Virus record (IMG/VR): IMGVR_UViG_3300007078_000009
Direction: 5' to 3' (one strand)
Length of the DNA: 5,342 nt
From: a virus
Shown here: positions 1 through 5,124 of the stretch, piece by piece
How positions within the stretch are numbered: position 1 is the stretch's first letter
Layout of the letters: every line of letters starts with the position of its first letter
The notes under the pieces: generated by a model
The model's database searches: none
What the model saw: only the letters and a program-made list of their open reading frames with translations
Told to the model about the DNA's origin: nothing
Position numbers and translations under genes: made by a program

Positions 1-265
1 TTCTTTTTTCCGGCTCCTAGCCTGTTTCCTCCTAGTGTTACTTCCATTATTCTGCCTCTTTTTTAGCTACCATTTCGGTTGCTGTGTTTATTACTATTGC
101 GGATACTACGTTTCCCAGCAATCCCCAGTTTGTTCCTTCTGTTTGTTTTTTCAACTCCTCTAGATCCTCTGTTGTTTCTGTTATCTTGAACCTTCCCATT
201 GTTAGGAACCATCCTTTTCCCTCGTTTATCGCGTCGAATGGTGTTCCTTCTATTCTTTCTCTTTT
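1..265. repeat. Terminal direct repeat, copy 1 (circularisation overlap of the contig)
   Basis: Compared by eye with 5078..5342 and identical throughout. It carries the first 47 nt of the VP1 CDS (minus strand, 47..1) and the 3' 219 nt of the 99-aa ORF. Confidence 0.93.
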
Positions 266-346
266 AATTAGTTCTTCGTTAGAAGAGTTCTTGCTGCCTA
301 TTTCGCTCACATTCAATGATGTGTTTTCTGATGTAGTAGTATTCAT
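47..346 (-). CDS. Hypothetical 99-aa acidic protein directly upstream of VP1 and translationally coupled to it
   Basis: ATG at 346..344 and TAA at 49..47. The stop overlaps the VP1 ATG (47..45, equal to 5124..5122) as TAATG. The sequence is not low-complexity (GTPFDAINEGKGWFLTMGRFKIT) and has a C-terminal hydrophobic stretch (WGLLGNVVSAIVINTATEMVA). I count 17 D/E against 11 K/R. No strong SD (ACGAAGAAAATG). I recognise no family. Confidence 0.6.
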   Translation of the reverse strand: MNTTTSENTSLNVSEIGSKNSSNEELIKRERIEGTPFDAINEGKGWFLTMGRFKITETTEDLEELKKQTEGTNWGLLGNVVSAIVINTATEMVAKKEAE

Positions 347-476
347 TTTCTTCGTTTTTTACTGTTGTTTTTATTTTCGTGTATTTTCTTTCTTTCAGGC
401 TTTTTGTTATTACTTCGCCTGTTTCTATGTCAACGTATATTGCTACGTTTACCCATCTTTTTTTCTTATTGTACAT
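279..476 (-). CDS. Hypothetical 65-aa lysine-rich protein
   Basis: ATG at 476..474 lies 11 nt inside the end of the 29-aa ORF, suggesting coupling, and has no SD of its own. The N-terminal part (RWVNVAIYVDIETGEVITKSL) looks protein-like. The 3' 68 nt overlap the 99-aa ORF in another frame, so the true C-terminus is uncertain. Confidence 0.45.
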   Translation of the reverse strand: MYNKKKRWVNVAIYVDIETGEVITKSLKERKYTKIKTTVKNEENEYYYIRKHIIECERNRQQELF

Positions 477-555
477 TTGCTGTTAATCTAATGATTAATA
501 GTGCGGCTGTTGCTGCTATTACTAATGTTACTAGAGTTTGATTACTCATTTGCAT
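466..555 (-). CDS. 29-aa hydrophobic single-helix peptide MQMSNQTLVTLVIAATAALLIIRLTANVQ, a candidate membrane or lysis peptide; not in the supplied ORF track
   Basis: Translated by hand, codon by codon. ATG at 555..553 and TAA at 468..466. It is preceded by AAGGAGGT (573..566) with a 10-nt spacer. The core TLVTLVIAATAALLII is uncharged and is followed by R. It sits in an otherwise non-coding gap, and its stop overlaps the start of the next ORF. Confidence 0.5.
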   Translation of the reverse strand: MQMSNQTLVTLVIAATAALLIIRLTANVQ

Positions 556-565
556 TTTTTCTTAT

Positions 566-573
566 ACCTCCTT
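566..573 (-). promoter_or_regulatory. Shine-Dalgarno site AAGGAGGT for the 29-aa ORF
   Basis: Plus strand reads acctcctt. It lies 10 nt upstream of the ATG at 555 and is the longest anti-SD complement I found in the genome. Confidence 0.6.
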
Positions 574-596
574 TCTTTCACTCATTAGTGAATAAT

Positions 597-612
597 CCCC
601 CTTTTCTGGGGG
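597..612 (-). other. G/C-only stem-loop (CCCCC / 6-nt loop / GGGGG) in the main intergenic gap
   Basis: Plus strand reads ccccc ttttct ggggg, giving 5 consecutive G:C pairs. C5/G5 runs stand out in this AT-rich genome. No U-tract follows on the coding strand (ATTATTCAC). Confidence 0.55.
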
Positions 613-632
613 TTTATGAACGATTGAGTTCT

Positions 633-645
633 ACCCCGCAGGGGT
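633..645 (-). other. Second G/C-rich stem-loop (ACCCC / GCA / GGGGT), 10 nt downstream of the 63-aa ORF stop
   Basis: Plus strand reads acccc gca ggggt, a 5-bp stem with a 3-nt loop. On the coding strand it is followed by AGAACTC, not a U-tract. Confidence 0.5.
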
Positions 646-654
646 TAGTTATTT

Positions 655-846
655 CTATCTTTTTGTCATCCAGTTTTTTATGACAGTTTCCATTGCTTTC
701 CCTATTTGATTGTATTCTTCTTCGGATAGCAATCCTTCTTCTTTTAGCTTCCAGCTGTTTTCGTTGATAGATCTTACAGCTACGCTTATGCTCATTTTTT
801 GTTTTCTTTCGGCCTTGCCGTTTTCAACTTTTTTGTTTGTTTCCAT
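655..846 (-). CDS. Hypothetical 63-aa protein downstream of Rep
   Basis: ATG at 846..844 and TAG at 657..655. The C-terminal two thirds look like a real helical protein (SWKLKEEGLLSEEEYNQIGKAMETVIKNWM). No SD (TTAGCGGTATG). I recognise no family. Confidence 0.5.
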   Translation of the reverse strand: METNKKVENGKAERKQKMSISVAVRSINENSWKLKEEGLLSEEEYNQIGKAMETVIKNWMTKR

Positions 847-908
847 ACCGCTAAGTTAGGCATTTTTTTCTTATCTGCAAGTTTTTTTTATTTTTTTTTA
901 TTTTTATT
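847..908 (-). promoter_or_regulatory. A-tract-rich intergenic spacer with a weak sigma70-like promoter candidate (TTGCAG, 16 nt, TAACTT) ending 6 nt before the 63-aa ATG
   Basis: Coding strand reads TAAAATAAAAATAAAAAAAAATAAAAAAAACTTGCAGATAAGAAAAAAATGCCTAACTTAGCGGTATG. Each hexamer matches its consensus at only 3 of 6 positions. The A-tracts resemble an UP element. Confidence 0.2.
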
Positions 909-1910
909 TTACTCTATTCTTTTTTGCAGCATTAATTGCCTCCTTTCTCGCTCGTATTGCTTTCTATTCCAGTCTTTTACGTTATCTCCGTATCCTAGTC
1001 TTTTGTTTTTAATTCTTGCTTCTTTTACTACTTCGTAGTAGGTGTCTTCTTCTTCTTTTATGTTTATTTTTTGACCCAGTACCCATCTTTCCCCCTTGTC
1101 TAGTTTTTCTAGCCATAGTTTTTCTCTTTCTTCTTCTGTGTATATCTTGTTTCTCCAGTATACTGGCATAGCTATTTTATGTCCTGTTCTTGTTGTGTAT
1201 GTTTCGTTTGTTTCATTCTTTTTGTATATGTTTTTTTTTGCGTTTACACTTTCTATGTAGCTTCTTCCTATTCCGCTACTTGTTAATACCTTTGGATTAT
1301 ACTCTTTGTGTTTTTGGTCTGCTTTGTTTATGTATTTTGTTATGTAATTTACTGTTCTTTCTGATACATATCCTTCTTTTTTCTTTGGCATCCATACGAA
1401 TCCGTATCCCCATATTTTCTCTATTTCTTCTCTTTCTATGTCTGTCCATATTATTCCGTGCATATGTATGTTTTCGGTTCCGTTGTGTCCAAGTTCTGTA
1501 ACCAACCAATGTCTTACGCTTTTTTTATATTTCTTTCTCCATCTCTCTAGGAATCTTCTTATTCCTAGTTTTGCTATTGCGTTGTCTGTTTCATATCCCT
1601 CCTCTATTATGCTTTTCTGTGTTACTGACTCGTCCTTCTTTTTCCTTCTGCTTGTTACGTCTTTTAGTAATTCTTTTATACTTTCGTTACTGAATGTTAG
1701 TGTTACGAATATTCCGTTTTTATTTGTTTTTACATCTTCCAGTAATCTTACTTGCCACTCTCTTGCTTTCTTTTTTCTGCATTCTATGCATTTTCCACAT
1801 CCTATTGGTACTGCTAGTACCCTTATATCAGAAATGGCAGGAACTATCCCGCCATTTTTTTTTGTTGATGTGTATTTTTTGTTTTGTCTTATTACTGGAA
1901 ATAGACACAT
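909..1910 (-). CDS. VP4: Rolling-circle replication initiation protein (Microviridae VP4, phiX gpA-type HUH endonuclease), 333 aa
   Basis: Motif 1 FVTLTF (1709..1692), HUH motif HMH in ENIHMHGIIW (1466..1458) and the two-tyrosine motif YITKYINK (1346..1323; compare phiX A YVAKYVNK) were all checked against the DNA. A CGKCIEC cysteine cluster lies at 1799..1779. I chose the ATG at 1910..1908 because it gives the family-typical MCLFP N-terminus and overlaps the VP2 stop as TAATG. The track ORF extends to an upstream ATG at 1970, which also lacks an SD. Confidence 0.9.
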   Translation of the reverse strand: MCLFPVIRQNKKYTSTKKNGGIVPAISDIRVLAVPIGCGKCIECRKKKAREWQVRLLEDVKTNKNGIFVTLTFSNESIKELLKDVTSRRKKKDESVTQKSIIEEGYETDNAIAKLGIRRFLERWRKKYKKSVRHWLVTELGHNGTENIHMHGIIWTDIEREEIEKIWGYGFVWMPKKKEGYVSERTVNYITKYINKADQKHKEYNPKVLTSSGIGRSYIESVNAKKNIYKKNETNETYTTRTGHKIAMPVYWRNKIYTEEEREKLWLEKLDKGERWVLGQKINIKEEEDTYYEVVKEARIKNKRLGYGDNVKDWNRKQYERERRQLMLQKRIE

Positions 1911-2710
1911 TATTTTAATAAGTTTAGTCCGTGTTTTTCTGCTAGCTCTGTCAACATTTTTACATACCATGGTGTATTTGGCGCTAGCCCACTTTTCGCC
2001 ATTGTTGCTTCGAATTGCTTTATAGCTAATTCTGCTTCCTTTTTTCTATTTTCTATTGATGTTGACTTGTTGTTTAGTACTTTTGTTATTGTGTCTTCTT
2101 GTATTTGTTTTACTTTTTCTTTTAACGTGTGGTCGCTTATAGTTCTTTCGTTTGCTGCTATCCACATTTCTTCTAGTGACCTGTCTGCGTCGCTTACTGT
2201 TTTTCTTATTACTGCGTCTTTGCTTTCTCCTTTTATCTGGTTGTCTATTTTTACGCCTTCTGTTCCGGTGCTTGTGTTTTCTGTTGACGCTTTTTTGTTT
2301 GCTGTGTCTGCTTCTATGTTTTCCTTTTGCGCTTTCTGTAGTGCTAGTTGACTAGCTATTTGCAGTCCCATTCCTGTTCTTTCTGCTCCGCTGTCTGCTG
2401 CTGCTCCTCCTACTGCTCCTGATGCGCCTGCTCCTGTTGTCGCGCCCCCTGCTCCTCCCATTCCATACATTAGAGCTGGGTTTAGCCCTGCTTTTTCCAT
2501 TTGTGCTTTTTGCGCGTTGAAGTTTGTGTTTTCCCACATTTCCATTTGTTTTTGTTGGCCGTAATCCGCCATTTCCTTGTTTCCTTTTATCTGCAAGTCT
2601 TGAAGTTTTTCTTGTTGCTTCAATTGTCTTTTGTCTTGCATTCCTCCTAGTGCCATTCCTAGTACTTGTCCTACTGCGCCGTTAGCTGCGCTTGCTATGT
2701 CGAATGCCAT
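1910..2710 (-). CDS. VP2: Minor capsid / DNA pilot protein (Microviridae VP2), 266 aa
   Basis: Family-typical layout: N-terminal MAFDIASAANG..GMALGG, a Q/K-rich coiled segment, WENTNFNAQKAQMEKAGLNPALMYG, then a Gly/Ala-rich tract (GMGGAGGATTGAGASGAVGGAAA). The ATG at 2710..2708 is preceded by AGGAGG (2727..2722). The track start at 2785 is a GTG with no SD and adds a 25-aa tail that does not look family-like. Confidence 0.85.
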   Translation of the reverse strand: MAFDIASAANGAVGQVLGMALGGMQDKRQLKQQEKLQDLQIKGNKEMADYGQQKQMEMWENTNFNAQKAQMEKAGLNPALMYGMGGAGGATTGAGASGAVGGAAADSGAERTGMGLQIASQLALQKAQKENIEADTANKKASTENTSTGTEGVKIDNQIKGESKDAVIRKTVSDADRSLEEMWIAANERTISDHTLKEKVKQIQEDTITKVLNNKSTSIENRKKEAELAIKQFEATMAKSGLAPNTPWYVKMLTELAEKHGLNLLK

Positions 2711-2721
2711 GTTTTTCTTTG

Positions 2722-2727
2722 CCTCCT
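2722..2727 (-). promoter_or_regulatory. Shine-Dalgarno site AGGAGG for VP2
   Basis: Plus strand reads cctcct, 11 nt upstream of the ATG at 2710. Its 5' half lies inside the T9A9 palindrome. Confidence 0.6.
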
Positions 2728-2746
2728 TTTTTTTTAAAAAAAAAGG
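2725..2746. repeat. Perfect 22-nt palindrome CC-T9-A9-GG
   Basis: Plus strand 2725..2746 reads cc ttttttttt aaaaaaaaa gg and is self-complementary on both strands. It lies in the VP3-VP2 intergenic region and overlaps the VP2 SD. Confidence 0.85.
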
Positions 2747-2800
2747 GTGATACTTACTTGATAATATAGAATACAAGCGTACCACCCTGTTAATTGTTTA

Positions 2801-3139
2801 CTATTCAGGGTTTCCCGTGGTGCCTTGTATGTCTCCGCCTCCGGTTGGATTATCCTGTTTTTCTGATTCTTCTTTCTTTGTTACGACCTTCATTTGCCGT
2901 CTTGCTGCTTTGCTTTTTTGTATCTTATCTATCGCGTCTAATGCGATTTCGAACCTGTCTGATCTTATGTCGTATCCCGCTAGTACTCCTTCGTCTCGTT
3001 CTGTGAATATCGCTGGCGATCCGTCTTTTATTGGTTCGTTGTTATTTACAATTCTATCTATTTTTTGTTCGATAGTTTCTCCTTCTGTGCTTTCGTTTAC
3101 CTGCGCAGTTGTTTCTGATGCTTTTTGTTTTCTGTACAT
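2801..3139 (-). CDS. VP3: Internal scaffolding protein, VP3-like, 112 aa
   Basis: ATG at 3139..3137, 5 nt after the VP1 stop, and TAA at 2803..2801. The central segment EPIKDGSPAIFTERDEGVLAGYDIRSDRFEIALDAIDKI matches my recollection of the conserved gokushovirus VP3 core (..IYTERKDGV.P.YDIR.DR..IA..). The N-terminal half is acidic, while the C-terminal third is K/R-rich with a Gly-rich end. This assignment rests on memory, not on an alignment. Confidence 0.65.
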   Translation of the reverse strand: MYRKQKASETTAQVNESTEGETIEQKIDRIVNNNEPIKDGSPAIFTERDEGVLAGYDIRSDRFEIALDAIDKIQKSKAARRQMKVVTKKEESEKQDNPTGGGDIQGTTGNPE

Positions 3140-3144
3140 ATTTT

Positions 3145-5124
3145 TTATAGATTTGGCATTACTTTTGCACTCATTTTTCTTCTTGCTGTTATTCCTACTG
3201 AGATCTGTACCCAGAAGTTTTGCGCGTCTCTTGATGTTTGCGCGAATATGTAGTTGTTTTTTGCTGGATCGATGTATGTTGTTAGATCCACGATTCCTTT
3301 TGAGTGTTCTGTTTGTTCGTACCTTCTGTTTAGGGTCATGAACATTTCGTTGTCTTGTACTGCAAAGTTGCCTCTTACTTGGTTTACGTTTGTCATGTAA
3401 TTAAGCCATGCTGGCTGTTTTCCTGCACTTTTGAACCCTAGTGTTCCATCTCTATTACATGTTGTGTCCCACCATGCCATTTGGTCTGTTATTAGGTCTT
3501 GGAATCCTATCTCGTCTAATGCTGGCTTGTGGAAGTCATCTAGTGTCTCGATGTTTACGTCCCATTTGTTTCCTTGCGAATAGTCTACTCTTGGTGTTAG
3601 ACTTGTTATTCCCATTATGTATGATGGTTCGTCTATTTTTATTGTTACTCTTCCTCCCTTTTTCTTTTGGCTCATTACTCCTTTACCTGCTAGTGTACCT
3701 AGCGGTTGTACTGAGTCTACACTTTCCGCCTGCGACACTACTTCTTGGAATACTAATTCCCTGCTTAGTCCTCCCATATATATTGGTGATGTTGCCATCT
3801 TCATTCTGTCGTGGGTGTATACTGCGTCTAGCCAGTCGTCGTAGCTTCCTCCTGTTACCGCTATTCTGTTAAGCATGTCGTATACTTTCTTGCTTAAGTT
3901 TAGTGTGTCCAGTGTGAAATATCCGTCTGACGTATCTACTGACGTTATCTCGTTTATTCCGTTATTTCCGGTTATTGTTTCGCTGTTTAACCAGTTGTTG
4001 AACATATCACTTTGATATGTTTTTAATCCTAATCCTTCCTGCGATGATAGTTTTGACCAGTTTCCGTTTTCTTTTCCTAGCACATATCCGTATGGTGCTG
4101 GATCTGTTGCGCTTATTCTGTACGCTTGTGGTTGTTTAACCCATTGCATTAGACTTTCTCTCATATCGTCTATATTGCTTAGCGGGAAGAATACTACTTG
4201 TGGTTTTTCTATTAGCGCGTCCGTTGGTAATACGTACCTCCATGAATATATCACTACACCGTTGTTTCCGTTAATTAGTCCGTAGAACCTTGTGTAGTTT
4301 GTCGTGTATTCTCTGTATTGCCATATGTCTGTTGCTGGTATATCGCCTCTGCTTGTTTGGAACATTATGCTTGACATTTGAGGGTTTGAGCCGCTTGTTG
4401 TTCTGTATGCTCTTCCTTCTAGTCCTTGTGCAATTGAATTTCCTATTGTTCCGGTTCCCTCTTTTGGTACTTTCACCTCTGTTGGTTGAATATTCATTGA
4501 GTACCATAGTGACATTTGTCCAATGTCTTCGGTCACCTTTGGTCTTAGTGAGTGTATTACCGCTCCTCTTTCCTCTTGTTTGTTTGCATAGTAGTTTTTA
4601 TATATATCCCAGTATCCCAGTAATGGTGTTGCTCCGAATACTCTTGTTAGTGTTTGTCCCGGTAGTTCTTTTTTTCCCAGTCCCCTTATTCCTAAGTATG
4701 ACAATATGCAGCTGCTATTTATCTGTTGATTGTCTACGTCTATTTCGCTTCCGAACTTTACATCGTCTGCTTCTAGGATTATTTGCGGAAGTTTTACACT
4801 TTTCATGTTCATTCCTATTCCTATTGCGTTATTCTGTAGTTTTCCTTGATATAGTCTTATTGGTATTACGAATATATCTGTTTGGCTCTTGAATGACCCG
4901 AATAGGGGCCCCACTGTTGGGTGCGTTTTTACGTCTACGTCTAGGTTTATTTCGAATGAGTCTCCCGGTAGTCCTACTTCTGACATGAATGGTACTAATG
5001 TACCTGCCGCCATTGATGACCTCCATATGTATCCTAGATCATGTGTACTTCTTCCGTAGTTTTTCATGTCTACGGTGTTCTTTTTTCCGGCTCCTAGCCT
5101 GTTTCCTCCTAGTGTTACTTCCAT
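3145..5124 (-). CDS. VP1: Major capsid protein (Microviridae VP1, phage F family), 659 aa
   Basis: N-terminal family signature STHDLGYIWRSSMAAGTLVPFMSEVGLPGDSFEI...IFVIPIRLY and C-terminal NFWVQISVGITARRKMSAKVMPNL. ATG at 5124..5122 is preceded by AGAGG (5136..5132) with a 7-nt spacer. TAA at 3147..3145. It is the largest ORF and has non-repetitive composition. Confidence 0.92.
   Translation of the reverse strand: MEVTLGGNRLGAGKKNTVDMKNYGRSTHDLGYIWRSSMAAGTLVPFMSEVGLPGDSFEINLDVDVKTHPTVGPLFGSFKSQTDIFVIPIRLYQGKLQNNAIGIGMNMKSVKLPQIILEADDVKFGSEIDVDNQQINSSCILSYLGIRGLGKKELPGQTLTRVFGATPLLGYWDIYKNYYANKQEERGAVIHSLRPKVTEDIGQMSLWYSMNIQPTEVKVPKEGTGTIGNSIAQGLEGRAYRTTSGSNPQMSSIMFQTSRGDIPATDIWQYREYTTNYTRFYGLINGNNGVVIYSWRYVLPTDALIEKPQVVFFPLSNIDDMRESLMQWVKQPQAYRISATDPAPYGYVLGKENGNWSKLSSQEGLGLKTYQSDMFNNWLNSETITGNNGINEITSVDTSDGYFTLDTLNLSKKVYDMLNRIAVTGGSYDDWLDAVYTHDRMKMATSPIYMGGLSRELVFQEVVSQAESVDSVQPLGTLAGKGVMSQKKKGGRVTIKIDEPSYIMGITSLTPRVDYSQGNKWDVNIETLDDFHKPALDEIGFQDLITDQMAWWDTTCNRDGTLGFKSAGKQPAWLNYMTNVNQVRGNFAVQDNEMFMTLNRRYEQTEHSKGIVDLTTYIDPAKNNYIFAQTSRDAQNFWVQISVGITARRKMSAKVMPNL

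Larger units (their letters stand above)
1..5077 (-). mobile_element. One complete unit of a circular Microviridae (ssDNA phage) genome, with all genes on the minus strand
   Basis: Exact 265-nt terminal overlap gives a 5077-nt unit, a typical microvirus size. It contains the Microviridae core set: F-type major capsid, VP2-type pilot protein, HUH/two-tyrosine Rep and a VP3-like scaffold. Genes are packed tightly, with overlapping stop/start codons. Confidence 0.88.

Noticed and set aside
1-265. The 265-nt direct repeats as biological terminal repeats (LTR- or IS-like ends, or attL/attR)
   Set aside because: The copies are exact and sit at the very ends of the window. Joining them restores continuous VP1 and 99-aa reading frames. 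This is the standard overlap artefact of a circular contig.
581-585. Tiny 7-codon ORF (MSERKEV) overlapping the SD of the 29-aa ORF
   Set aside because: It is too short, has no RBS of its own, and is most simply a chance ATG in the leader.
597-645. The two GC hairpins as rho-independent terminators
   Set aside because: Neither stem is followed by a U-run on the coding strand (AUUAUUCAC and AGAACUC), and the stems are only 5 bp.
1297-1509. 70-aa basic alternative-frame ORF inside Rep
   Set aside because: It has a TTG start and no SD. Its K/R/N-rich composition is what A-rich DNA yields out of frame.
1911-1970. 20-aa N-terminal extension of Rep (MVCKNVDRASRKTRTKLIKI)
   Set aside because: It overlaps the VP2 3' end and has no SD. 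The ATG at 1910 gives the family-like MCLFP start and a TAATG junction. It cannot be fully excluded, so it is noted as an alternative start.
2711-2785. 25-aa N-terminal extension of VP2 in the track ORF (MVRLYSILSSKYHPFFLKKKEAKKN)
   Set aside because: It starts at GTG with no SD and reads through the T9A9 palindrome and the AGGAGG site. The internal ATG at 2710 has an SD and gives the family-typical MAFDI N-terminus.
4342-4350. RGD tripeptide in VP1 (TSRGDIPATD)
   Set aside because: A single tripeptide in a 659-aa protein is plausibly chance, and there is no supporting context.
4271-4507. 78-aa basic alternative-frame ORF inside VP1
   Set aside because: It has an ATG but no SD. Its low-complexity K/R/N-rich product is consistent with a compositional artefact.
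4829-5026. 65-aa basic alternative-frame ORF near the VP1 5' end, with a weak AGGA 5 nt upstream
   Set aside because: The AGGA is part of the VP1 codons CTA GGA, and the product is R/N/K-rich filler. Nothing supports it beyond its length. A synonymous-constraint scan of VP1 would be needed to revive it.
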